DNA from: an uncultured Chloroflexia bacterium | GTDB lineage: Bacteria > Chloroflexota > Anaerolineae > CG2-30-64-16 | Assembly: GCA_963774265.1 (NCBI GenBank) | Contig: CAVZDU010000001.1 | Span: forward strand, 928,001 to 992,000 | DNA: 64,000 bases | Reading direction: 5' to 3' | In this document: positions 34,199 through 44,917 of the stretch, piece by piece | Layout: every line of letters begins with the position of its first letter | How positions within the stretch are numbered: position 1 is the first letter of the stretch | Made by a program: the position numbers and the translations under genes | The notes under the pieces: generated by a model | Told to the model about the DNA's origin: nothing | Seen by the model: the letters and a program-made list of their open reading frames with translations, nothing else | Databases searched by the model: none

Positions 34199-35365
34199 AT
34201 GGTTAATCTGCGGTCCTTCGAAGTCCCTACTGTCGTCAAGCATGCTCCCGGTGCAGTCGAGTGCCTGGCGGATCAAGTCAAGGCCTTGGGCATTGTTCGC
34301 CCAATGATCGTCACGGACCAGGGCCTGGTCAAAGCCGGCATCGTGGATCGAGTGACGGAAGTTTTGCGCGGGGGCAACGTCGACTATCTTCTGTTCGACC
34401 GTGTGGTGGCAAACCCGCCGATCAAGCTGGTGGATGACGCCGCGGTGCTCTATAAGACAGAGAAATGCGACGGTCTGATTGGCGTTGGCGGCGGCAGCCC
34501 GATGGACACGGCCAAGGCAATTGGCGTGGTGGCCGAAAATGGCGGCTCGATCCTGCAATACGAGTGGGCAGATCCACAGCCCATCGTGCGGCCCATCCCC
34601 CCGCTGATCACCGTCCCGACCACGGCCGGCACCGGCAGTGAGGTGACCCTCTGGTCCGTAATCACTGACCCGAATCGGCACATTAAGTACAACGTGGGTG
34701 GAACCCCGTTTATCGCGGCCAAGATGGCGTTGATCGACCCGCTACTGATGCTGGACATGCCCGCGCACATCACCGCCAGCACGGGCCTGGATGCACTGAC
34801 GCATGCCATCGAGTGCTACACATGCGCATACGCTCAGCCGTGGCCGGATGCTGTGGCTCTCTGGGCGATGGAGACGCTGGCGCAATGGCTGCCTATTGCG
34901 TTCGCCCAGGGCCATAACGTCGAGGCCCGGTACAAGGTCGCTATGGCCGCCATGCTCGCCGGCATGTCCTACGGCACGGAAAGCGCCGGCGCCGTGCATG
35001 CCATGAGCCAGACGGCTGGTGGTTACTACGATCTGCCCCACGGCGTCCTGACCGCGGCCATGCTGCCCCCTGTCATGGCCTACAATTACCTGGGTGAGCC
35101 GCAGAAGTATGCGCGCATCGCGCAGGCGATGGGCGTCAACACCTGGGGTATGACCCAGCTCGAGGCGGCCGAGTCTGCGGTCGACGCGGTGCGGGACTTC
35201 GTCAAGCTCCTCGAAATCCCGACGGTGACCGAGTTGGGGGTGAAGAAGGAAGACATGCAGATGTTGGTCGACATGGCGTACAACGATCCACAAACGATCG
35301 GGAACCCCCGCGACCTGATCCGGAAGAGCTATGAGCAGATCTACGGAATGTGCCTTGCGGCTTGA
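34199..35365 (+). CDS. Iron-containing alcohol dehydrogenase
   Basis: GGGSPMD, PTTAGTGSE, DALTHAIE, HAMS and PHG motifs. Confidence 0.93.
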   Translation: MVNLRSFEVPTVVKHAPGAVECLADQVKALGIVRPMIVTDQGLVKAGIVDRVTEVLRGGNVDYLLFDRVVANPPIKLVDDAAVLYKTEKCDGLIGVGGGSPMDTAKAIGVVAENGGSILQYEWADPQPIVRPIPPLITVPTTAGTGSEVTLWSVITDPNRHIKYNVGGTPFIAAKMALIDPLLMLDMPAHITASTGLDALTHAIECYTCAYAQPWPDAVALWAMETLAQWLPIAFAQGHNVEARYKVAMAAMLAGMSYGTESAGAVHAMSQTAGGYYDLPHGVLTAAMLPPVMAYNYLGEPQKYARIAQAMGVNTWGMTQLEAAESAVDAVRDFVKLLEIPTVTELGVKKEDMQMLVDMAYNDPQTIGNPRDLIRKSYEQIYGMCLAA

Positions 35366-35394
35366 TTAGTGCGGTGAAGTGCGCGAGGAGGTTC

Positions 35395-35435
35395 TTGACA
35401 GCAGGGTGATCCTGTGATATACTAGAAATATATCA
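35395..35435 (+). promoter_or_regulatory. sigma70 promoter with second copy of the operator
   Basis: TTGACA(35395)-17-TATACT(35418); TGATATACTAGAAATATATCA at 35415-35435. Confidence 0.8.
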
Positions 35436-35620
35436 GGGTGAAGTCCGGTGACTCGTGCAATGACGACAGGCCGGCGCTGTCCCGCAACTGTGAGGCGTGG
35501 CTTAGTTGTCTGCGCCAAGCCAGACCGCCCCTTGCCGACCATGCACATCGTGCGGTCGTGAGCGCGAAGGATTCCCGCGGAGGGGTCTCGCTGTCAAACA
35601 GCGAGACCCCTTTTCTATTC
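35435..35620 (+). ncRNA. Cobalamin riboswitch with expression-platform terminator
   Basis: GAAGTCCGGTG...CCGGCGCTGTCCCGCAACTGTGA...AAGCCAGACC core motifs; 14-bp terminator stem at 35581-35611 plus TTTCTATT. Confidence 0.82.
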
Positions 35621-35757
35621 CTTCCCATTGTCCATCGGTTGGGAGGTGACCGACAGCCCCTACAAAGCATAACGCACCGCCATAAGGGGCAGATTCCAAG
35701 ATCGATTCAACTCTGTTAGTACACAAACACCCCAGATGTCTTTCAAGGAGGACGTAA

Positions 35758-37152
35758 ATGTCTAGTCGAAACCGTGGCTCTCGGACCGGGAGCCTTTTGG
35801 CCCTCTTAATGGTTCTTACGATAGCCCTGTCGCTCGCCGGCTGTGCACAACCAGCCGCACCGACTGCTGCCCCCCAGGCAGCCGCACCGACTGCTGCCCC
35901 CCAGGCAGCCGCACCGACTGCTGCCCCCCAGGCAGCTGCACCGACTGCTGCCCCTCAGGCGGCCGCACCGAGCAAAGTCTTCAAATTGGGCGTGGACGGC
36001 CCCTTCAGCGGGCCGGGCGCGAAGACCGGCGAAGAGTTCAGGCGCTCGTTCCAGATGGCCATGGAGGCGATCAATTACACAATTGGTGATTACAAGATCG
36101 AGCCTGTCTGGATCGACGACCAGTCCGACCCGGCCAAGGGCGCCGCGGCCTACGAGCAGGCCGTCGTGCAGGATAAGATCCAGGCGGGGATTCTGCAACT
36201 GGAACAGCTCGGTGGCGGTTGCGCTCATGGAATTCACCGCCAAGTACAAGATCCCTCACTTCTTCGGTTTCGGCGCCACCGAGGTGGTCAATGAGACCTT
36301 TGCGTCTGATCCCGAGAAATACGGCTACTGGATGAATCAAGGGTTGGGCGTCGCCGAGCAAGCTAACGATATCTTACGTCGATGCGTTGGAAGATGCGAT
36401 TGCCAAGGGCACCTATCAAGCCGGAAGCCAAGACGGTCGCTCTCGCCGGCGAGGACACCGACTGGGGACGCAGCTTCCTGCGGAGCCATCAAGGGCCAGT
36501 TCGAAGCGAAGGGTTGGAAGATCGTCTGCTGAAGAGTACTTCCCGATCGATCAGAGCGAGTTCACGCCCCTGATGACCAAGCTGAAGGAGAGCGATCCGG
36601 CCGTGTTGGTGGTGTCCAGCGTTGTGACCCCGGTGTCGTCGGCTGCAATCAAGCAGGCGGAACAGGTGGGACTGAAGAGTCTGATCATTGCCGACGGCCT
36701 GGGGTGGGCTGGCAACTGGTACGAGCTGACGGGCAAGTCCTCCGAATTATGTGCTGGACCAGATCCCACAGCTGGCGACGGATAAGGCGAAGGCGTTCGC
36801 CAAGGCGTACGAGACCAAGTACGGCGACAAGCCGAGCCCGTCGGCAGCCGGGTTGGCGTATGATGGCACGAACTACTTTATCGCCATGGCCAACGAGGTC
36901 ATCAAGGTGAACAACGGTGAGTTGACCGGCGAGGCCATCTACAAATTCGTGAAGGAAAAAATCTGGACGGGCGAGTGGATCTATAAGGACGGGATCATCA
37001 TGCCGGCGTACAAGTATATGCCGGACACGATTCCGGATCCAGTGGTCGGCGCCGGCTATTACATGTTCCCGGTGCTGCAATACTTTGATGGCGAAAGCAA
37101 GATCGTGTTCCCCAACGACGTTGCTACGCAGCCTCTACAAGCCAAGCCGTAG
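35758..37152 (+). CDS. Liv-type ABC transporter substrate-binding lipoprotein (frameshifted)
   Basis: Lipobox LAGC, Ala/Pro linker, KLGVDGPFSG and EDTDWG motifs. Confidence 0.88.
35854..35970 (+). repeat. 27-bp coding tandem repeat, about 4.3 copies (AAPTAAPQA)
   Basis: GCCGCACCGACTGCTGCCCCCCAGGCA repeated. Confidence 0.92.
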
Positions 37153-37261
37153 CACCAGGCGCCCGGGACCCGGCCACGCAGGCAGGGTCCCGGGTTTGGT
37201 CTCCTCGGGGCAGGGCGGCCCTGTTCTACCGCTGCTTTCGGCACGTCTCAGGCGGTGACAG

Positions 37262-37995
37262 ATGATCCTTGAGGCCAGCAATGTCGTGAAGAATTTTGGC
37301 GGCTTGACTGCCGTCAATCGCGTGTCGCTCCAGGTGGACGAGGGAGAAATCATCGGGCTGATAGGGCCCAACGGTGCTGGTAAGACGACTTTCCTCAACT
37401 GTTTGGCCGGCACCTTCAGGCCCAGCTGCAGGCACGGTGCACTTCCGGGGGGAGAACACAACTGGAGCTTCGGCAGACGTCATGTGCCACCGGGGTATGT
37501 CGCGTACTTTCCAGATTCCGCTTCCCTTTCCTAAGATGACGGTTCTGGAGAACGTCATGGTGGGAGCGCAATTTGGTGGTGGGAGCCGCCATCATGCGGC
37601 GCCTGCCAGGCAGCGGGCGGAGGAAGCGCTGGCTTTCGTGCAGTTTTCCTTGCCGCTCGATACACCGGCTCAGCTGGTGCAACGCGGTGCAGCTCAAACG
37701 CCTCGACCTGGCCCGTGCCTGGGCATGCAGCCCGAAGCTGCTGTTGCTTGACGAGCTGGCATCTGGGCTGACGCCTACCGAGTTGGACGAGATGATCACG
37801 TTGATCAGAAGCATCCGCGATCGCGGCGTGGCCATCATCGCCGTCGAGCACATTATGCGGGTGATCATGGGCATCTGCGATCGCATCCTGGTGATTCAGT
37901 ACGGCACGCCGATCGCCGAAGGCCTGCCCAACGATGTTTTGCGCGATCCGAAAGTGATTGAGGCCTATCTTGGTGACGAGAAGGTCGCACACTAG
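37262..37995 (+). CDS. ABC transporter ATPase, LivG-like (frameshifted)
   Basis: [22 protein letters not shown] and VIEAYLG motifs. Confidence 0.9.
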
Positions 37996-38025
37996 CGCCG
38001 GCGCCACGGTACGAGGCGCTTACAC

Positions 38026-38756
38026 TTGTGCGCCCGGGAGGCACCCTTGCTCGAAATAAGAAACATCGACACCAGCTATGATTTCCTCCAGGTACTCTGG
38101 GATGTATCCTTGTCGGTCCAGAAGGGCGAGTTCGTGGCCTTGATCGGCCCGAACGGAGCGGGCAAGACCACGACGCTTGCGCACCATTGCTGGGTTGCTG
38201 CGACCCAGGGCGGGTCAAGTCATCTTTGACGGCAGATCCATCAGCGGTCTGACGGCCGCACGAGATCAGCCGCATGGGCCTGGCCTACGTTTCGGAGAGT
38301 CTCAACCTCTTCACTAACATGTCGGTGCACGAGAATCTGCTGCTGGGCGCATACTCCATACAGGACAAAGCAACAGCGCGAAGAGACGTTGCAGTTCGTA
38401 TTCGAATTGTTTCCCCGGTTGGAAGAACGCGCCAGACAGTTGGCCGGCACGATGAGCGGCGGCGAGCGCAAGATGCTGGCCATCGGCCGGGGCATCATGT
38501 CCAGCCCGCGGGCTATGCTGATCGACGAGCCGTCTCTCGGTCTGGCGCCTCACCTGGCTCACGAGGTCTTTCAGGGATTGCGTTACGCTTAACCAGCGTG
38601 GGGTCACGATTCTTCTGGTCGAGCAGAACGTGCACATGACTCTGGAAATCATCCAGCCGGGCCTACGTGATGGAGCATGGCCGCGTGGTCATGGAGGGCC
38701 CGAGCCGGGAGCTGAAACAGAACGAGCACGTCCGCAAGGCCTATCTCGGGATTTGA
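38026..38756 (+). CDS. ABC transporter ATPase, LivF-like (frameshifted)
   Basis: [22 protein letters not shown] and DEPSLGLAP motifs. Confidence 0.9.
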
Positions 38757-38767
38757 TGAGGAGAGCC

Positions 38768-39821
38768 ATGAGTACCAGCAAAGATCCTCCTGCCGCGAGT
38801 ACGGCAAGACTTCAACCCGTCGCCGCGCAGGAATATACCCGCCCTGGCGGTTGGCGTGCTGTCGTTGGTGATCGCGGTATTGATTGGGGTCAACGGCGGG
38901 CCGGCGCAGCTGTTCACCACCCTGGTCACAGGCGGCATGTGGGCACTGATGTCGGTTGGGCTGGCGCTTATCTTCGGTGTGATGAACATCCCGCATTTCG
39001 CCCACGGCGAATCGTTCATGATCGGGGCCTACGTCGCCTGGTTCGTGTTCACCCCCTTCAAATCGCACGCTGCAGCAGCACCCCAATGCATTTCCTGCGC
39101 GCGGTGGCGCCTTTCGTCGGCATGCTTGCGGCCGCCGTCGTCGGCGCAGTTATGGGTGTAGTGATCGAGCGTCTGATCTTTGCACCCTGCGTCACCGGAC
39201 TAAGGAAGGCTGGGTTATGAACGCCTTTCTGTTGACGGTGGGCCTGTCCTTCGTTCTGACCAACGGCACTACCTTGGCGCTTGGCCCCGACTATCGAGGC
39301 GTGCCGCAATACTGGGACGTGCCGTCACTGCAGTTCCTGGGCATGCGCGTCACCGTGGACCGGTTGGTGGCTTTCGCCGTTGCGTTGCTCGTGATCGGCG
39401 CCCTGTGGCTTTTTCTGCAGCGCACCAGTACCGGCCGGGCGATCCGTGCCGTCTCGCAGGATGAGACGGGCGCGCAGATGGTGGGCATCAATCTCGATGG
39501 CATCCAGACGCTGACCTTTTCCCTGGCCACCGCGACTGCCGCGCTGGCGGGCGCCTCCCTGCTTTTCATGTTCCCGGCCTATCCCCTCGTGGGCCTCAAC
39601 CCGCTCTACTTTTCCTGGTACGTGGTGATGCTCGTCGGACTTGGCAATGTCCCCGGCGCTATCATCGGCGGCTTTATCGTGGCTCTGTTGCAGACGGCAA
39701 CACAACAGTTTTTCGGCATCTCCTGGGAAACGTTATCCCGACAGCAATCATGGTCATCGTGCTGCTGGTGGCGCCTTCGGGCATCTTCGGCAGCGAGGTC
39801 AAGGGCGTTCAAGAACAGTGA
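38768..39821 (+). CDS. ABC permease, LivH-like (frameshifted)
   Basis: GLALIFGVMNIPHFAHG and GRAIRAVSQD motifs. Confidence 0.88.
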
Positions 39822-39837
39822 GGCGTGAGTGATAGCG

Positions 39838-40902
39838 ATGAAGAGTAACCTCGAGGACAAACAGCAACATGCCGCGGTGAGAGGTGGCCTGTGGCAGACC
39901 CTGGTGGGCGGCTGGATCGCATCGGCATTCACGCCGCTCGGATTGGCCCTGTTGGTGATCATCGCCATCTTGCCGAACGTGCCGCCCTTCAACCAGGAGC
40001 ATATGCTGCGCTGGCTGATCGCCGGCGCGTTCCTCGGACGCCCAGGCAGTGGCCTTCGATTTCACGGCCGGGTTCATCAATGTGGTTAATTTCGGCTTTG
40101 CCGCCATGGTCGGATTGGGAGCCTACACCTCAGCCCTCTTGGCCAACACCGCTCCGTACCTGGTGCTCAGGCCGGGGATATCGCCCTGGATCGGCATTTG
40201 GGTTGGCGCACTGGTGGCAGGCCTGCTGGGCTTGGTGCTCGGCATGCTTACTTTGCGTCTGCGTGGCATCTATGCAGCGGTGATGGCCTGGTTTGTGGGC
40301 ATTGCCCTGCTGGGTTTGGCCAACAATCTGACCAGGCTGACGCGCGGTTCGATGGGTTTGCATCCGCGGGCTCTGTTCACCACGACTGATAATCTGCCGT
40401 ACTTCTACGTCATCCTGGGCATGCTGCTGCTCATCTACGTCACCTTGCACCTGGTCACCAAGTCGTCGTACGGCCTGGCCTTCAAGGCCATCGGGCAGAA
40501 CATCGATGCCGCGCGGGCTTCAGGGATCGATCCGACGAAGTACCGGGTGTTCAACTTCGCGCTGTCGTGCTTCTTCGCGGGCCTGCTCGGTGGATTCTAT
40601 GCACACTACTACGGCTCGCTGACCCCTAAGAACGTGATGCACACCTCAAAGACAGTGGAAGTGCTCGCCAGTTGCCTATATCGGCGGTCGCGGCAGCCTG
40701 TGGGGCGGCATCGCGTTCGCGTTCCCCTTCATCTTCTTCATCGAGTACTTGCGCTCCAGTCTGACCGATCTTGCCCGGGCTGCACCTGGTGATTTACGGC
40801 ATCGTGATGATGCTGGTGATGATCTACTATCCCGCCGGGTTCGCCGGGGCCTACTACTGGCTGACCTCGAAACTGCGCCGGGGCAGCCGCCCAAAGAGGT
40901 AG
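39838..40902 (+). CDS. ABC permease, LivM-like (frameshifted)
   Basis: LRLRGIY, GLAFKAIGQN and GGRGSLWG motifs. Confidence 0.88.
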
Positions 40903-40922
40903 ATCAAAGGGGAAGATAAGGC

Positions 40923-41210
40923 GTGACCCGATCTGATCATTATCCCGCCGAGTTTGAGCAATTCACCATCCAGGTGGACGGTGAATCGCTGCCGGCCCGG
41001 CGCGGGCAGACGGTGGCGGCGGTATTGACCGGCGCAGGCCGGCTGGTCCTGCGCCGGACCGCCAGCGGCGCGCCGCGCGGTGTCTTCTGTGGCATGGGCG
41101 TCTGCTATGACTGTGTCGTGACGATCGATGGCGTTCCCGATCAGCGCGCGTGCATGACGCCCGCGCGCCCGGGCATGTGGGTGCAAACGCACTCCCGCCA
41201 GGAACCTTGA
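40923..41210 (+). CDS. [2Fe-2S] small subunit (HcnA/sarcosine oxidase alpha N-term-like)
   Basis: RGVFCGMGVCYDC...RAC motif. Confidence 0.9.
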   Translation: MTRSDHYPAEFEQFTIQVDGESLPARRGQTVAAVLTGAGRLVLRRTASGAPRGVFCGMGVCYDCVVTIDGVPDQRACMTPARPGMWVQTHSRQEP

Positions 41211-42751
41211 TGGGGCAACTCCTGGTGTCGACGCATTCTGATCCCTGTATCCTCGTCATCGGCGCCGGTCCTGCAGGTCTGGCAGCGGCCGTCACGGCTG
41301 CTGAACTCGGCCTACGCGTGGTGTTGATGGATGAGGCGGCCACTCCAGGTGGGCAGTATCTCTCTGGGGGTGACTCAGCCAGCGACGATCGTGCAGCCGC
41401 AGGGCACGGCTCTCAGGCAAAAGCGGAACGCGACGGAGCAGCGTTGATGGCCCGTGCAAACGTACTCAGCCGCGCGGCGGGATCCCGCCTCGGGCTTCGG
41501 TGTGGCGCGACCGTGTGGAGCCTCACTCCCAGTCCCGACGGGACGGCTCCCGGCCTCATCGCCATGGTCCATCACGGTGGCAGATACGGCACCCGGGCCG
41601 GCTCCGAGCGCGTCGAGGCGGATGCCGTCATCCTGGCCACGGGCGCGCGGGAGACGGTCGCTCCGTTTCCCGGCTGGACCTTGCCGGGGGTGATGACGGT
41701 GGGGGCGGCCCAATTGCTGGTCAAGCGCCACGGGGTCAGTCCCGCTGGGCCGGGGCAGCGAGTCTTGCTCGCGGGATCAGGACTGCTCTTGCTGCCGGCG
41801 GCGGCACGGTTAGTCGAGGCCGGCGCATACGTCGTGGGAGTTCTGGAAGCCGCGCACCTGGATGCATCCACCATTCGCCAAGCCGCCTTGTCCGGGATTT
41901 CGGAATGGGCGCCGGCATTGTGGGATCGGTCAGGCGAAGGCTGGCACTATCTGTCCGCTTTGCGCAAGGGCCGCGTCCCATATCGGTTTGGCCGGGCGGT
42001 GGTCCGGGCAAGGGGAGTCGAGCGTGTGGAAGCGGTGGATATCGCACGACTGGACCGCACAGGCGCACCGCTCCCGGGGCTTACGGAGACGTGGCCGGTC
42101 GATCTCTTGTGTGTCGGCTACGGTTTAGTCCCGAATATCGAATTGGCCCAACTGGCAGGGGCCAGGGTCCGCTACAGTGCGGAATTGGGTGGATGGGCCG
42201 TTGAAGTGGATGAACTATCGGGGGTGCAGACGACCGTGCCGGGTCTGTTTGTGGCAGGAGAGACCTCCGGCATCAGAGGTGCGGGCAGCGCATTGTTGAG
42301 CGGGCGGCTTGCGACAATGAGCGCCGCGGCATGGCTGGGTCGGCTGCCCCAGGCCGCACTGCAGGCCGAATTGGCCGGCGCCGCGCGGCGCCGGCGGCAG
42401 GATGCGCGTTTCGGCGCCCTGATCAATCTGCTGTTTGGCGCTCCGGACGGGCTAACGCGGGCCATCCCCGACGACACACCCATGTGCCGGTGCGAGGAAG
42501 TGACCGCCGGACAGGTGCGGGCAGCCATTGCAGCGGGTTCACGGTCGTTGGATGCGTTGAAACCGGCCTTGCGTGTCGGGCAGGGCCTTTGTCAGGGGCG
42601 CACATGTGGTCCGGCGTTGGCGGGCATGATCGCCATCGAAACAGGTAGATCTGTTGAGGCATCCGGACTGTTTCAAACGCGCCCGCCGGTCAAGCCTGTG
42701 CCGCTCGCCGCAATCGCCGGACCGGCTGCAGTGGGGGATGGTTCACTGTGA
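41210..42751 (+). CDS. FAD/NAD(P) oxidoreductase with BFD-like [2Fe-2S] domain (HcnB/OoxA-like)
   Basis: GAGPAG, ATGARE..FPGWTLPGV, CRCEEV, GLCQGRTC and RPP motifs. Confidence 0.9.
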   Translation: MGQLLVSTHSDPCILVIGAGPAGLAAAVTAAELGLRVVLMDEAATPGGQYLSGGDSASDDRAAAGHGSQAKAERDGAALMARANVLSRAAGSRLGLRCGATVWSLTPSPDGTAPGLIAMVHHGGRYGTRAGSERVEADAVILATGARETVAPFPGWTLPGVMTVGAAQLLVKRHGVSPAGPGQRVLLAGSGLLLLPAAARLVEAGAYVVGVLEAAHLDASTIRQAALSGISEWAPALWDRSGEGWHYLSALRKGRVPYRFGRAVVRARGVERVEAVDIARLDRTGAPLPGLTETWPVDLLCVGYGLVPNIELAQLAGARVRYSAELGGWAVEVDELSGVQTTVPGLFVAGETSGIRGAGSALLSGRLATMSAAAWLGRLPQAALQAELAGAARRRRQDARFGALINLLFGAPDGLTRAIPDDTPMCRCEEVTAGQVRAAIAAGSRSLDALKPALRVGQGLCQGRTCGPALAGMIAIETGRSVEASGLFQTRPPVKPVPLAAIAGPAAVGDGSL

Positions 42752-43959
42752 AGGCCCACGCGGATGTGATCGTTGTCGGTGGCGGCATTGTGGGCGCAGC
42801 GTGCGCTTACTACCTGGCGCAGTCCGGCATCGGCGTCCAGGTCCTGGAGCGCCAGTTCTTTGCCAGCGGCACATCTCGTGCATGTGACGGATTGATCCTT
42901 TCCTGGGATAAGCAGTCGCCGGCCGAGCTTGAACTGGGACAGGCCAGCGCCGCACTATGGGCCAGTTTGGCTGATGAGCTGCCTTTCGATTTCGAGTACC
43001 GGCGCCAGGGCTCGATTGTCCTTGCCGAAACAGGGGATACCCTGGCTGACCTGCACAAGAAAGCGGTCGACCTGGGGGAGGCCGGCATCCGCGCAGAGAT
43101 GTTGGATGCAGCGGGGCTACTGGTGCTCGAACCCAACCTGGCGCCGGATCTGGCCGGGGGCGTCTTCTACCCTGACGATGCACAGCTCGACGCCCGCCTG
43201 GCGACGCTGGCATTGCTTGAAGAGGCTGCCCGCCTCGGTGCTGACCTGAGGCAAGGTGTCGAAGTACGCGGCTTACAGCGGCAGCACGATGGCCGCGTGA
43301 CGGGCGTCCTCACCGCTGATGGCGCGATCGAAGCGGATGACGTGGTGATCGCCGGTGGGGTGTGGAGCAGCGAGATGCTGCGCGAAGCCGGGCTGGACCT
43401 GCCGATCCGACCGCGCAAGGGGCACATCGTCGTCGCGTCGGTGCGCCACATGCCCGACCTGATTGCCCATCCGCTGGCGGAGGGAAGCTATGCGGCCTCC
43501 GTGAAATCGTCAGCCGAAGATGTGCAGGTGGCGCTCATCGCAGAAAAGACGGCCAGCGACACGCTGCTTCTGGGCAGCAGTCGTGAGTTCTGCGGCTTCG
43601 ATCGGTCGGTTCGAGTGGAGGTCATCCAGGCGATTGCGGCGCGCGCGATCCGATTCCTGCCTGCACTGGCTACGGCAAGTGCAATGCGGAGTTATGCAGG
43701 CCTCCGGCCGTGGAGCCCGGATCATCTCCCATTGATCGGACCGGTGGACACCCATCCGGGGTTGTTTTTGGCTGCAGGGCATGAAGGAGCCGGCATCGGC
43801 CTCGCGCCGATCACGGGCCGCATGATCGCTGACTGGATCAGGTGCTACCCTGACGGGCCTACCGTCGACGCAGAACCGCGGCGCGCTGGCGTCGCACCAG
43901 ATCCCCACGGGGGACTTCCCATGGGGTGGACCGCAACTCGGCCGGGACGTTTTCTCTAG
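42748..43959 (+). CDS. DAO-family FAD-dependent amino acid dehydrogenase subunit (HcnC/OoxB-like)
   Basis: GGGIVG, GLRPWSPDHLPLIG and GHEGAGI motifs. Confidence 0.9.
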   Translation: MKAHADVIVVGGGIVGAACAYYLAQSGIGVQVLERQFFASGTSRACDGLILSWDKQSPAELELGQASAALWASLADELPFDFEYRRQGSIVLAETGDTLADLHKKAVDLGEAGIRAEMLDAAGLLVLEPNLAPDLAGGVFYPDDAQLDARLATLALLEEAARLGADLRQGVEVRGLQRQHDGRVTGVLTADGAIEADDVVIAGGVWSSEMLREAGLDLPIRPRKGHIVVASVRHMPDLIAHPLAEGSYAASVKSSAEDVQVALIAEKTASDTLLLGSSREFCGFDRSVRVEVIQAIAARAIRFLPALATASAMRSYAGLRPWSPDHLPLIGPVDTHPGLFLAAGHEGAGIGLAPITGRMIADWIRCYPDGPTVDAEPRRAGVAPDPHGGLPMGWTATRPGRFL

Positions 43960-44006
43960 GTGTCTGGAAACGATCCGGTCCAAATAACTGATGTGAGGTG
44001 GAGAAT

Positions 44007-44876
44007 ATGGCACAAGCTCTAACAACGGTCGTCTCTTCGTCCAAGAAAAGGGTTGAGATCAATCGGGAGAAGCCCACAGTGATCGTCGGAGAGCGCATCA
44101 ATCCGACTGGGCGAAAGCAGGTGCTTGCGGCGTTCGCTGCCGGCGATTTCGGCATTGCCCGCAGTGATGCAATTGCACAGGTCGAGGCGGGTGCGCACAT
44201 GTTGGATGTGAATGCAGGCGTGCCCGGCGCGGATGAACCGGAGTTGCTGGTCCAGGTGTTGAAGAGCGTCATGGAAGTCACTGACGTTCCTTTGTGCATC
44301 GACACGGCTGATCCCCTGGCGCTCGCCGCCGCACTAAAGCTGTATCAAGGCAAGGCGCTGATCAACTCCTGTAACGGTGAGGAGCGCTCCCTCGATGCGG
44401 TGCTGCCGATTGTCAAGGAGCACGGCGCTGCCGTGATCGCCCTTTGCATGGATGATGATGGCATCCCTGATACCGCCCAGGGCCGGTTGAAGGTGGCGGG
44501 AAAGATCATCGAGCGCGCAGGCAAGATGGGCATCCCCATCGAAGACATTGTAGTCGATCCGCTCGCCCTGACAATGGGGGCGGACAGTACCGCTGGTCGC
44601 GTGGCACTGGATGCTATTGAGTTGATCGTGGCCGAATTCGGTGTCAACATCACCATGGGCGCCAGCAATATCTCGTTTGGCATGCCCGACCGTCCGTACA
44701 TCAACTCGGCATTCATCGCGATGGCGATCCACGCGGGCCTGACCTGCCCGATCACCAATCCGTTGGTCACTCCCGTGATCACAGCCATTCTTGCCGCGGA
44801 TCTGGCCATGGGCCACGATTCGTACGGCTCGCGGTGGATCAAGGCCTATCGCAAGCGCCAGAGCACCGGCGCCTGA
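44007..44876 (+). CDS. Methylcorrinoid:tetrahydrofolate methyltransferase (pterin-binding, AcsE/MetH-like)
   Basis: IVGERINPTG, LDVNAG, LCIDT, INS, VDP and GASNISFG motifs. Confidence 0.9.
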   Translation: MAQALTTVVSSSKKRVEINREKPTVIVGERINPTGRKQVLAAFAAGDFGIARSDAIAQVEAGAHMLDVNAGVPGADEPELLVQVLKSVMEVTDVPLCIDTADPLALAAALKLYQGKALINSCNGEERSLDAVLPIVKEHGAAVIALCMDDDGIPDTAQGRLKVAGKIIERAGKMGIPIEDIVVDPLALTMGADSTAGRVALDAIELIVAEFGVNITMGASNISFGMPDRPYINSAFIAMAIHAGLTCPITNPLVTPVITAILAADLAMGHDSYGSRWIKAYRKRQSTGA

Positions 44877-44917
44877 CAGTTACGCAGGCGATCGCCTGCA
44901 CCCAGGGTGAGGCGCAT

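Noticed and set aside
35854-35970. CRISPR-like array
   Set aside because: These are spacerless 27-bp tandem repeats encoding a lipoprotein Ala/Pro linker, and there are no cas genes.
40923-43959. Hydrogen cyanide synthase HcnABC
   Set aside because: The same fold family includes proline/hydroxyproline and opine dehydrogenases. The catabolic context argues against cyanogenesis, and no specific gene symbol can be supported.
44007-44876. Dihydropteroate synthase folP
   Set aside because: The GERINP and GASNISFG motifs and the corrinoid context indicate a pterin-binding methyltransferase.
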